From: Candidatus Omnitrophota bacterium
GTDB lineage: Bacteria > Omnitrophota > Gorgyraeia > Zapsychrales > Zapsychraceae
Direction: 5' to 3'
Assembly: GCA_018062515.1 (NCBI GenBank)
Contig: JAGOSC010000001.1
Coordinates: 40,765-104,764 of the forward strand
Length of the DNA stretch: 64,000 nt
Positions 47,401 through 54,756 of the stretch are shown here, one piece after another (position 1 is the first letter of the stretch; each line of letters starts with the position of its first letter). The position numbers were made by a program, and so were the translations under genes. Below the pieces are notes generated by a model. It made no database searches, had not been told where the DNA came from, and saw only the letters and a list, made by a program, of their open reading frames with translations.

Positions 47401-50334
47401 CTCGTCATGGGATGTTGAAGGTGATTCAGACTCATTGCTGATTTTCCCGTCTTTTCCGTTTTCCATTACCCTTGATGTCGGACTTCTTTTAGAAATTTCA
47501 TCTCTAAGGGCGAAAATTCTTGACTCCAGAGTTAATAGGCTGTCATTCAGCTCTCCTTCATTCAGTTCTCGACCATTTAGCTTAGATTCTAAATTTAAAA
47601 TCACTTCATTTCTTTCTGCTATCGACTCCGATAGTATCTTTTCAAATTCTTTTGTAAGCTCTTCTTTTAATAGCGTCTTATCTTCTTCTCTAAATCTCCC
47701 TTTATATTGTTCTTTATATTTTCTTATAATCTCATTACTCATATTTTTGTATTGGCGCAGATATATTAATGCCCGAACATAATATAATAAGATTTTCTGT
47801 TCTTCCTTAATATGCCAAAGCCTGGAGACATTGATCATTTTTTTATTTTCCGCCTTATCGTTCCAATCCTTAGCGGGATCAATCAAATCTTCAACTTCCT
47901 TGAGTTTAATCAGGCTTATTTGGTCTAATGGCCAATAAGATAACGGATCCCATTCGATTTTCCGTTTTTCAACACTAAATCCCGTTGATGGCCAATAATT
48001 TAATAATCCCATCTCGAATAACATCGATTTAAAAATATCCGAAACTCTTGTTTGTATTTTAGCTAAAGTCTCGTTTAACTCAGTAATTTCTCCCTTGGAC
48101 GTTTCGTCATTGATTTTCTTATAAACTAATTCATTGAATTTAAAAATTTCTGGTAATTTTAATTCATGTCTTAAAAACTTCGCGCGCATTTCGATATACT
48201 CTTCATCGTGATTTTCCCCGATCATCGCAACATCAACAAACTCTTTGTTACCAGTGTATTCAAAAGAATCGACATTTTCTGCCACCGTAATATCACCTAG
48301 ATTGTCGTAAATAGCACGTCTGAGGTCATCCCATGTCCGCAATGACAACCGGCCTTTTCGCAACAATTCTCTTTCTTCTTTTGGCGTCAGTGTTGACCAA
48401 TCTGTTCCTGACTTTTGTTCCACCTCATATTCATTCTCTATATTAAGGAATAGTTCAAATTTCGTATCAGAGTTTGTATACCCATTAAAACCCTTAAGAC
48501 GAAGCCATTGCTGCGGATCGACACTGGCAATCTTATTCAACCAGTATTCTAATGGTTGCCGACCAAGCTTTTTCCATATGTCCTCTATTTCATCACTTTT
48601 TTTCAAGTCCCAACGAATGATCGATGTTTTGGAGAGTTCTTCTTCAAGTTTGTATTCCTCTTTCAATATTTCCCTTAATTTGGCGACCTGCTGATCATTT
48701 AAACTCATTAACGGCGCCTTCATATTGATTAAAGCATATCTTATGGCTTCTTCTACTCGGGAACGTAATTTCTGTTTCCATAAGGCGTCTTCAATCGACC
48801 GCGACGGTTGTAATAAAAGGTCAACCTCTTCAAGAAGCTTGAGCTGATGAGCCCCTATGGAATTTGATTTAACATAATCAATAACGTGTTCGATTTTAAA
48901 ATCTTTTCGGATAGGATCAAATTTTTTACGGAAAATAGAGGGCTGATTAGACCGAACTGCCTTTGTCACAAGCTTATGAAGTCTCACTACTTTTTTATCG
49001 TATTTATTTTCCCTTCTTGACGCCAACGCATCCTTAAAATTTTTGACTTCCTCTCGCTTTAACTCAGCCATCTTATTGAGTATCGAAAGTTTTTCTGTAT
49101 CTTTAGCGGCGACAGCATCATTAATTATTTTTTCATTGGTGAAATTAGCCTCAAAAAGCTTTACGTCCAATGCAACCATGGAATTATCTTCGGCAATCTT
49201 CATTGCTTCATCAATAATATCTTTTTTGGCATACTTTAAATCTTCATATGTTTCCGATAAGACAGCTTTATCAATATTCTGAAATCCTGCCCCGCCGGAG
49301 AAATATTGTCTTGGAATAACCTTCTGCACGGAAGGATCATATTCTTCTTTAATATAGTTATAGACTCCCAGCTTAAATGCCTTTAAATACTGCTCATAAA
49401 TCTTATCTTTTATTGCAGGATCATCCACATTTACGCCGGCTACTTTCTTTTGATCCACATACACTTGGCCTAAGAGTGATTCTTTCAAATTATTCTTAAA
49501 CCAAGCTGCTAAAATCATGGAATTAAACATTTGTCTTAAACTCGCGAATGTTTCTCCTTCATTCACTTCCTTTTCAATCTCAGGTATAAGAATCTCTTTG
49601 ATCAATTGAGAAATCATTTCATTCTTGTCATTGTCTTCAGCAACTTTTTGATCCGGTCGTAAAGCCATATAATCTTGAGCTAACATCACCTTCAAATGAC
49701 TCTTTAACACAAACGCGCTGCCATTATGCTCATACACCGCCGCTCTTTCTGGAACAATCCATATCTTATTAAATGTTTCAACGGGTATCTCCGTTGTCCC
49801 AAAACGTTCAAAAGCTTTTTCATGTACTCGTGTCCAAAATTTTTGACCCAATTCATCCTCAGGATACATCAATGAGGACGTTAACTGTTTTAGTACATAG
49901 TCCTGGGCTAATAAATCTCGTCCCATTTCAGTAACTCCAAATTCCTGAGGAATCATCTTGTCTTTTTCATAAGGTGACAAGTTAACCCATAGATCTTTGG
50001 ATGGAGTGGTCAAAGTGGCTAAAAAGTACTTAATTAACTTGCTGGATTCTTCTTGAAGCTGATCATCACTGATATTTTCATCCCCTTTACTCACATAAAA
50101 GGTAAAATTAAGAGGATTTTCAGGGTTGATCGTGATACCTCTAATTAAAGCCGGCGTAAACCCTGATGTTTGAGCAACTAATGAACCGGGTATGGGAAGA
50201 TTAAGAATGGTAGGAAGGCTTTGAGCCGCCACTTGCGGGGGTAAAATCGAGGTGAAAACAAACGAAAACGCCACAAAACTACAGATAATTTTGCGGCCGA
50301 TGATTCTTTTTTCTTTATTTTTTGCCAACTTCAT
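38425..50334 (-). CDS. Giant-family secreted protein P3 (3969 aa): signal peptide, family N-terminal domain, very long charged alpha-helical repeat region including a tandem super-repeat of about 870 aa, family C-terminal domain.
   Basis: 11.9-kb uninterrupted ORF; N-terminal LNLPIPGS...WVNLSPYEKDKMIP...HLKVMLAQDY; C-terminal GGIDLNPELLDLQIKRDG...PVIINLTPVTNMPFLLG; no enzymatic motif recognised. Confidence 0.9.
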   Translation of the reverse strand: MKLAKNKEKRIIGRKIICSFVAFSFVFTSILPPQVAAQSLPTILNLPIPGSLVAQTSGFTPALIRGITINPENPLNFTFYVSKGDENISDDQLQEESSKLIKYFLATLTTPSKDLWVNLSPYEKDKMIPQEFGVTEMGRDLLAQDYVLKQLTSSLMYPEDELGQKFWTRVHEKAFERFGTTEIPVETFNKIWIVPERAAVYEHNGSAFVLKSHLKVMLAQDYMALRPDQKVAEDNDKNEMISQLIKEILIPEIEKEVNEGETFASLRQMFNSMILAAWFKNNLKESLLGQVYVDQKKVAGVNVDDPAIKDKIYEQYLKAFKLGVYNYIKEEYDPSVQKVIPRQYFSGGAGFQNIDKAVLSETYEDLKYAKKDIIDEAMKIAEDNSMVALDVKLFEANFTNEKIINDAVAAKDTEKLSILNKMAELKREEVKNFKDALASRRENKYDKKVVRLHKLVTKAVRSNQPSIFRKKFDPIRKDFKIEHVIDYVKSNSIGAHQLKLLEEVDLLLQPSRSIEDALWKQKLRSRVEEAIRYALINMKAPLMSLNDQQVAKLREILKEEYKLEEELSKTSIIRWDLKKSDEIEDIWKKLGRQPLEYWLNKIASVDPQQWLRLKGFNGYTNSDTKFELFLNIENEYEVEQKSGTDWSTLTPKEERELLRKGRLSLRTWDDLRRAIYDNLGDITVAENVDSFEYTGNKEFVDVAMIGENHDEEYIEMRAKFLRHELKLPEIFKFNELVYKKINDETSKGEITELNETLAKIQTRVSDIFKSMLFEMGLLNYWPSTGFSVEKRKIEWDPLSYWPLDQISLIKLKEVEDLIDPAKDWNDKAENKKMINVSRLWHIKEEQKILLYYVRALIYLRQYKNMSNEIIRKYKEQYKGRFREEDKTLLKEELTKEFEKILSESIAERNEVILNLESKLNGRELNEGELNDSLLTLESRIFALRDEISKRSPTSRVMENGKDGKISNESESPSTSHDEAMTADEKQNQAGSDQATMSALTKRDEEKIKGKIKAREEKAKSSKPINFSWSGKIHENFRNDHLRILWSLPSQRTRVIFQNKFMKEEAVVEDKVRQVFRKETFKKVDKNDPDVQNYLKFSNTTSDAKNWEVEKIYISHKLYQELINKKIPMYFRVLFDENNDTHHKDNPKITVFIPQKSSSVDQSMLSQEEEARIAATAKRFSESTKRLLNKPIAESNPLELKELEKIVKIELKNRYWMVHKPEEQTDVLKEYLEEHYLWSRDRWVAKLSEIQMKLKADAAMIAAERDVDTSLDKSQAQVTDLKYLMATPLNDKTREELRSIKEKAENTLREQLFMHFIAPGNEEAPSFVQADIFLDILDLQWFINHINSLLNSADYSTNRKVISEVIVNEKTSERILLQILNRIPLNYTEDKPEQFFPLLRIRDLLTKEVQTAGHEYSDDPRFGHFKSPHFYVFTDKWSSLIDDKLKPRHSDELQLSDLLHLSFDDAANKLSQLTPKMLVELKYLLEPHVFNETTHKKITFPWDKDELEKLLILTKAYVGVKKLTGLDDIEQVKRYISQFWGKWNLDSDRDDWQKGISRKESNSISLKSKREREAMISILEGILEKLKMQDKTTVASKPVEHSKVIGGEYSGQYRRKTSASKVDESNKDFAQLADLKDLMTRPLNDKSRLELRIIKENAEAALENELKVNFSQSSSIPRVGQLESFLYILDLERLIGHVNFFLNTPDYSDNNTILSDVSINEVKGIKLFNKLLRRFPEASDENSEQFIQLTQIRNLLTQKVRLSIQVKNDFIEKGQYKFTGEWLSRIDEKLKLPHAEEELKKNSPVNVNEESNSEKDFAQLAELESLIKKLKDLNAGLNSQWINSQIAELERMMESEYVASSAILESNPSAINKIEPVKQPVEMPNLRNIDLPDDLAYFLNARLNRSGNEKSLSNEDFNEAKNILETGKDALDYWYIGDDNQRIKRFITLMYYHRAINRIEAHKELLTLDSTELKDLDVKMNKIIELWARNGKNVDVGSANMLRKPLLGIKRLMVIEPLQAENSDIDSAWNISRMKELIDVANRQNSTEPEIISRELISDEDNDALFRQTIAVMQKPQLEDLEKLVKKALDSQPSLNGQAVSYIRPTQKWLKILDEKIADQAMISKAKFENLLKKPIRHLLGTEINQLEEYEYKTGDWVNTSKEKRSELRSNNRRPPDEWYALGFVLNSPNEILLFDDGEGLLEFHPDYPTPHAQSSDIIFKSLINKLSPIELDGLKYVMQLGQNANDGDYIEAKRIIEQTKDFKNIIISGVDSLETLALQIHHGTKKEQDDNWFRALSSYNPEAWEIVLKRIEAQIRLVEMGSEAALQRLAEIFSLGGFGFEISTNQPFIYVLEGAIKYGIANLENKDVFTSDHFLTWMETSDIATDFEEKGNESKPEQKKEKKSKRELGSYTATEWVIITDILGPLNVKNTEEDKTFRTLLDQFSVEQLIEMRDIYKPAIMGITYDQELEYESYFDGLDAELKDNFTNLLQAGIDSLKNDQFINSSGSYEDSDFIKLKIVFQRIEAQIWLLQNGTLKGVKFLTRIIRENIFPMMDQPFIYILAASLSKEFEEYIQYIPKSKMEKSLNELSDGLSNLNSEQLREKRTETENDFIQEYITKEQLNMIDERINARLSAFEKSLNDLLFLYLKYIDQDLIESLKDSDPWSVSGFIENTLIILEKLSEQNYIEHPIKYVFQYIAEVALEKELHKEINQEQRIKIQELLFYVKNLNHQISGEQLSEAFKAAMDEFLVMIEKHLENNPKMANKEHLKWIHSHPFLLLIEYAMKNESQKVNDGNWSKLSELLANHQSGEGNTEDLMDTLLQQPLEIFSHQLTDLDHDELIELSDIIERNLENALENHKEWSMVEDQELKKLLRLKGRELVKNQEFEKMKRESKQIEEESPEEWFQRTKGNRAPEEWQILLDRVTAQLWVLVQIERKTETLEKLRSRVFNKFQDALYGYSMRSPEEVEAVLFMLRFALEKDNHDEDQAMMVTKAYIKDLLSKPVKTLTSIEIKTLQMYESETNDWVNASEEKKMALRKQGRRPPLEWYAINVVLTAPHIIYRYKENKSGEMVPIYLTERGEKSDEEFKKLLNELNVEELDMLIKIMELGNTNDEPTLEYALMGMFSQFTSEEQTNYRNAIVTGIDSLEVEKSQGYETWRNNPKNLLRVLRVNKPVEWNIVLRRFKAQKRLLELKKLGVLQLLIETSRAGIMIEPHQPLLYVLEAAIMHDEHDLENEEIFSEKDMIKLNEPSAEPNNPASVRKQPTAVETGKYSLEEWMTVTKILGSQNENTQEDQIFQNMLAQLTRTELTKINDVLENGLRNDKGKFSNYQEYIKKLDSEVQKDLVTVVSAGLNSLTGSEDINVSGSLQGIAIVLSRIQAQIWVHTHGESSAVKLLTKLSQEGIEYQYEPFSYVLELPLSRYLEKENRPLLELEALKSDLSGLTSLQLEQKRKSAESEDLIKRINARLIVVNHSADQILTLLLSKIDEDFKIFFTSSPNWSSSGFVEFSLAIVEKISKMPDKELMLKQEIQYLLELVIESVLEENELPDHKTLNAFNEKQKAELNKILDYLDAQSTPVDQQKLAKFLKDIFSDLDSKLNHLIEENPAIQDEKLIEWISQQPLKSFVVSILNARIQETKIKEESGEKFIGPSSERWTKILSSVKEKIDHAMISDFQDENEWEDLINFDVDPEEQPLINVEIERMLKMTLAKITHELLSLNARELAQLKNLKAEDWTVLSPHDRKLLAHRIDAQIWVHALQIKGNGVLDLEKLKKLKKKIRGELLKVENSNDHPEKIQYRWDEWLAKKYMLRLAETALEKKGIKLAPRKNSRGSNREKIFTEKEFQREQKNWKNKLYLNGWSGGDMKVNGVPVSNTKNPETPGGIDLNPELLDLQIKRDGNGIPLPMLQQPADLLKNIEGFIPVIINLTPVTNMPFLLGLVDQEGNPTEYSFQYKHLSDDPKRLHSRINS
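38700..43895 (-). repeat. Tandem duplication of a super-repeat of about 2.6 kb (about 870 aa) inside P3. Copy A runs about 43895 down to 41290, copy B about 41285 down to 38700; roughly 30-40% amino-acid identity.
   Basis: Collinear matches: YEYKTGDWVNTSKEKRSELRSNNRRPPDEWYALGFVL vs YESETNDWVNASEEKKMALRKQGRRPPLEWYAINVVL; YTATEWVIITDILGP vs YSLEEWMTVTKILGS; FQRIEAQIWLLQNG vs LSRIQAQIWVHTHG; DPWSVSGFIENTLIILEKLS vs PNWSSSGFVEFSLAIVEKIS. Confidence 0.7.
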
Positions 50335-50545
50335 AAACCAAATTTACCCCGATATCGACATAGATTGATTTGCTAAAAACAACGTAAAAAACCCGAATGA
50401 TTAAAACCATAAGGGCTTAAATGACAAAATAAACTAAAGTTGTAGTTAGAATTTAACTCAATTGATTGGGGAATTTGGATCAGTTTTGGATATGCAGTAA
50501 GTATATTCTATATACTTATAACTGTCAATTTTTTCTTTAAATTTT

Positions 50546-51898
50546 CTATAACAATTGAACTGTTTGCTGGGCGGATTTAATGCAATCGTTGACCGATACT
50601 CCGTCCCAATAATTCGCGGTGAAATAAATATGAGAATGATGTTTGAGCGCGGATTCAATACAAATCTTCGCCTGATGCCGATGGAGGTCATACTGCGGAA
50701 TAGCGTTTCGCCACGTCTTTAAAAATACGTGAACCGGCTGCCCGGTGAACCCAAGCGTTTCACTGATTTCCCGACGAGCCATAGCGATCAAATCGTCTTT
50801 GGAATATTTTAGGATTTGCGGATGGCGGATGCCTCCGATCATCAACCGGAGTAAACATTGATCCGGCTGGCTGCGGTTCTCAAAAATTTGGTCTTCAAAT
50901 AAAACACCCAGAATGGGACTTTTCTGATTCGATGGTTTTAAATATCCAAACCCTTTGGGCATATTGATAAAGTCTTTTTTCAAACACACAAATCCTATGA
51001 CGGCCAGCGGGGCGTACTTGATTTCATTGAGGCTGGCGGCCAAAACCGGGTCAAGACCATTGAGCATATAGCCCGCCGCGTACGCCGGCACAGCGATAAA
51101 CAGTTCATTCGCCAGGTACATCGTTTCGGCGGTATGCAAAAAATACGGATGATCAGGCTCCTTGTCGATGGATTCAACCTCCTGAGACAAAATAATATCG
51201 TTTCGGTATTTCTCATAAAGAGCGTTTGTCAACGAAACCATGCCGCCGCGCAAAGAATATAATACACGTTTGGCCGGATTTACTTTTCTCTGTTCCGTGA
51301 GGCCCTTTAAAACCGAACCGTGATTTTGTTCATACCCATACAGTTGCGAAAAAGCGTCTTTGAATATGATCGCTTTCGCGTCACCGGCGTAAATGCCGCT
51401 GACCATCGGATCAGCCAAAAAATCTGCCCAATTAGACGACAAACGCCGGCTAACAAACTCATGAACAGTTTCCCTCGAGTTCATCCCTGGTTTAACCAAT
51501 TTCTCTGACAACAAACGAAGTTTATCCTTCATCGTCAAAAAAGGAAAAGCGATTAATTTAAGAGGTGATGTCGGCGCCGGGTAAAGTTTTTGTTCAATAC
51601 ATAAATATCTGGTTTTAGTCGCTTCAGACGCCTCAATCAGTTGATCGCGAATACCAAGGGCGTTGATCAAATCCAATGTGTGCGGCTGATGATTAAGAAA
51701 ACTGCCGGCTCCGGTTTCGAATAAAGCGCCCGCTTCCCTCTCAGAGTTGATGACACCGCCGGCCGTCGGTTTTTTTTCCAAAAGTTTGATCGACATATCC
51801 GGCCTGTTTCTATATTTTTCTTTTAAGAAATGCAGCGTCGATAAACCGCTGATACCGCCACCGATAACGACGATGCTATGATTTAAAGTCATGTTCAT
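50546..51898 (-). CDS. hemY: FAD-dependent protoporphyrinogen/coproporphyrinogen oxidase (HemY/PPOX family).
   Basis: 450 aa; VVIGGGISGLS dinucleotide-binding motif; PPOX-like throughout; 4-bp overlap with hemE. Confidence 0.8.
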   Translation of the reverse strand: MNMTLNHSIVVIGGGISGLSTLHFLKEKYRNRPDMSIKLLEKKPTAGGVINSEREAGALFETGAGSFLNHQPHTLDLINALGIRDQLIEASEATKTRYLCIEQKLYPAPTSPLKLIAFPFLTMKDKLRLLSEKLVKPGMNSRETVHEFVSRRLSSNWADFLADPMVSGIYAGDAKAIIFKDAFSQLYGYEQNHGSVLKGLTEQRKVNPAKRVLYSLRGGMVSLTNALYEKYRNDIILSQEVESIDKEPDHPYFLHTAETMYLANELFIAVPAYAAGYMLNGLDPVLAASLNEIKYAPLAVIGFVCLKKDFINMPKGFGYLKPSNQKSPILGVLFEDQIFENRSQPDQCLLRLMIGGIRHPQILKYSKDDLIAMARREISETLGFTGQPVHVFLKTWRNAIPQYDLHRHQAKICIESALKHHSHIYFTANYWDGVSVNDCIKSAQQTVQLL

Positions 51899-52908
51899 GA
51901 GCTTGTCCTAGGAAACTGATGCACTTGATCCACAATGCGTTTCAATTTATCAGGATCGACGTCGGGAAAAATACCATGGCTGAGATTAAAAATATACCGC
52001 GGGTACCTGCCTCCGCCGATGAGAACATCATTCACTTCCCGACGAAGCTGTTCATGATCAGCGTAAAGTAATCCATTAAATAAATTACCTTGAATACCCG
52101 AATTTGTTTTCTCCAGCACGCGTTCATGGCCAAGCACAACCGTATGATCGACGGATAAAATGTCAGCGCCGCATTGCGTCATGAGTGGTAATAAATGTTG
52201 CGTGTTTTTTAAAAAATAAATCGATGGATGATCAACCGCTTTAAATATACGCTGTATATATGGTAAAACTAATTTCGCATAATCAACGGGACGTAAAATT
52301 CCCGCCCAACTGTCAAATAATTGATATACAGCGACGCCAGCTTCGATTTGTAATTTTAAATATCGAATTGTATTTGTCGTCAAACGATCCATCAGTTGAT
52401 GGAATGTTTGTTCTTGCGTTTGGATAAAACGCAGCGTCTTGGTGAAATTGATCGATGATCCGCCTTCGATTAAATAGGTCGCGACGGTAAATGGCCCGCC
52501 GGCAAAACCGATGAGTGGAATGTGATCAGGTAATTCTTGTAAAACGAGTTTAATCGTCTCGTCGATATAATCCAAATTTTCGAAATCACGCATATGTTTA
52601 AAATCAAGACTCTCGTCGATAAGAGGCCCTTTTTGATTATCAAATGTAATTTGAAAACCCATAGCCTGCGGCAAGGTAAGAATATCAGCGAATAGAATGG
52701 CAGCGTCCACTCCCAAATACCCGATGGGCTGGCACGTAATTTGCGCGGCCAATTCAGGCGTTGTGAACATTTCATTTAAAGAATATTTTTCTTTGATTTT
52801 ACGATATTGGGGTAAATACCGCCCAGCTTGACGCATAAACCAAACCGGGACGGTTTTATTGGTGCCATCAAAAGCTTGTAACAGGAGTGGTTTTTCGGAT
52901 GTGATCAT
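51895..52908 (-). CDS. hemE: Uroporphyrinogen decarboxylase.
   Basis: 337 aa; PVWFMRQAGRYLPQY signature. Confidence 0.9.
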   Translation of the reverse strand: MITSEKPLLLQAFDGTNKTVPVWFMRQAGRYLPQYRKIKEKYSLNEMFTTPELAAQITCQPIGYLGVDAAILFADILTLPQAMGFQITFDNQKGPLIDESLDFKHMRDFENLDYIDETIKLVLQELPDHIPLIGFAGGPFTVATYLIEGGSSINFTKTLRFIQTQEQTFHQLMDRLTTNTIRYLKLQIEAGVAVYQLFDSWAGILRPVDYAKLVLPYIQRIFKAVDHPSIYFLKNTQHLLPLMTQCGADILSVDHTVVLGHERVLEKTNSGIQGNLFNGLLYADHEQLRREVNDVLIGGGRYPRYIFNLSHGIFPDVDPDKLKRIVDQVHQFPRTSS

Positions 52909-52948
52909 CTAACCATCAAATACATTACGTAGGTTTATACCGGATACT

Positions 52949-53311
52949 TTAGCCAGTCTTTTCCGGAGGATTACTTTTGATGAGAGACGTATAAAATTCG
53001 AGGAATCGTTCATAATCAGGTCCTTCACCTTCCAAAATCTGGACGCCAACCATGAAACGGCCGCTATCCCCCACCGCCTTGCACCAGGCGGATTTAACTT
53101 TTATCGTCGCGAGTGTGTCATCACCGAGATCCACGCATAAAAGGATGTCTTTACCGGCCTTAATCGGTTCATGGGTAAAAAAACCAAAACCACCGGAAGA
53201 TACATTCACGATGGTGGCCTCTTGAGTGTATGGCAAATCTTCCGGGATTCCAAACGAAGCGGCCATTTCTATCGGAGAGCGTTGATTAATACGTTTGTTG
53301 TCCATATTCAC
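52949..53311 (-). CDS. PilZ-domain (c-di-GMP-binding) protein.
   Basis: 120 aa; RINQR (RxxxR) and NVSSGG (D/N-x-S-x-G-G) PilZ motifs; 4-bp overlap with hemN. Confidence 0.65.
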   Translation of the reverse strand: MNMDNKRINQRSPIEMAASFGIPEDLPYTQEATIVNVSSGGFGFFTHEPIKAGKDILLCVDLGDDTLATIKVKSAWCKAVGDSGRFMVGVQILEGEGPDYERFLEFYTSLIKSNPPEKTG

Positions 53312-54684
53312 ACCGTCCTTGAAAATCGAGCGTTTAGTTTCTGTTTATTTAGATAAACATCAAAGCCCATACAGATATTGCGGATAAAAATTTTTCCTAA
53401 ATCACTTACATTTATAACATGTTTATCGGCTTCAAGCAAACCATCTTCTATACAATTTTGAATATGCGCCTGTTCTTCGAAAAAATAACCATCAAATAAT
53501 TCGTCAAACCGTTGAGAAAATTCATCCTTATCCAGCCTAAAATGGCACATCAAAGAATTGATGGTAAACTGCCGTATTTTATCGTCCCTGGTCAAACATT
53601 TCCCCCGCTCGACGGGAAGCCGGTTCTGATCTAAAGCGCCATAATAATCTTTAAGAATCTTGTGATTTTGAATAAACGCGTCTTCAATAAATCCTATCGA
53701 CGAGACTCCGACGCCAATATACTCATCGGCCGGCTTGACGGTATAACCCATAAAATTTCTGTATAACCGATTGTTTCGATACGCCTTCGCCAATTCATCC
53801 TCTTTTAAAGCGAAATGATCCATAGCGATAGCCTGATAACCAGCCTCTAAAAGTTGCCGGCGCGCCTGAAGAAAGATATCGATTTTTTCACTGCTCGTCG
53901 GTAATGAAGCTTGATCTATTTTTTTTTGATGTTTTTTCAGCCATGGGACATAAGCAAAACTATATAAAGCAATTCGGTCTGGGCGTAAAGCAATAACTTT
54001 ATCGACGGTGTCATAAAAACTTTTCGTTGTTTGAAAAGGCAATCCATAAATCAGATCAAAATTAATCGACGGAAAACCAAGTAAACGGCAATAATCATAG
54101 AATTCTTTGACTAGTTCGTAGGGTTGAATACGGTTCACCGCTTCTTGAACAGCGACGTCAAAATCCTGAACGCCCATGGAAATACGGTTAAAACCCAAAT
54201 CCTTTAAACTTTTAACTTTTGAGCGGTCAATTGTCCGCGGGTCGATTTCAATGGCGATTTCTCCAGTATAATCAATTTCAAAATGTTCACTCACCTTTTG
54301 AAAAAGTCTTCGGATCTGGTCTTCATTCAAAAATGTCGGAGTTCCTCCCCCCCAATGAAATTGGCGGATATTCTTCCGACGGCCGATATATTGGGAAAGC
54401 AGATCAATTTCTTTAAAAAGATATGTGAGATATTCTTCACCATATTTGTCGTCGTGTTTGCGTAAAATAACGCTACACGCGCAATAGGTGCACATGGTCT
54501 GACAAAAGGGAATATGGATGTATAAGGATAAAGTTTTATCTGATTGGCCGAATGTTTTTAACTTCTCTTGATAAATTGATGAATTAATTTCCTCTGACCA
54601 AACGGGCGCGGTGGGATAACTTGTATAGCGTGGACCAGCGATATCAAATTTCTCAATTGTATGTTTATCAATCTGAAGGGACAT
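53308..54684 (-). CDS. hemN: Oxygen-independent coproporphyrinogen III oxidase (radical SAM, HemN-type).
   Basis: 458 aa; CQTMCTYCAC (CxxxCxxC) radical-SAM cluster motif; full-length HemN architecture. Confidence 0.85.
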   Translation of the reverse strand: MSLQIDKHTIEKFDIAGPRYTSYPTAPVWSEEINSSIYQEKLKTFGQSDKTLSLYIHIPFCQTMCTYCACSVILRKHDDKYGEEYLTYLFKEIDLLSQYIGRRKNIRQFHWGGGTPTFLNEDQIRRLFQKVSEHFEIDYTGEIAIEIDPRTIDRSKVKSLKDLGFNRISMGVQDFDVAVQEAVNRIQPYELVKEFYDYCRLLGFPSINFDLIYGLPFQTTKSFYDTVDKVIALRPDRIALYSFAYVPWLKKHQKKIDQASLPTSSEKIDIFLQARRQLLEAGYQAIAMDHFALKEDELAKAYRNNRLYRNFMGYTVKPADEYIGVGVSSIGFIEDAFIQNHKILKDYYGALDQNRLPVERGKCLTRDDKIRQFTINSLMCHFRLDKDEFSQRFDELFDGYFFEEQAHIQNCIEDGLLEADKHVINVSDLGKIFIRNICMGFDVYLNKQKLNARFSRTV

Positions 54685-54756
54685 AGAGTTACAATAGCAG
54701 AGTTACGGTATATTTCAAGCTCAAATCTGAACCGGATGAGCTGACTTTATACCGCT

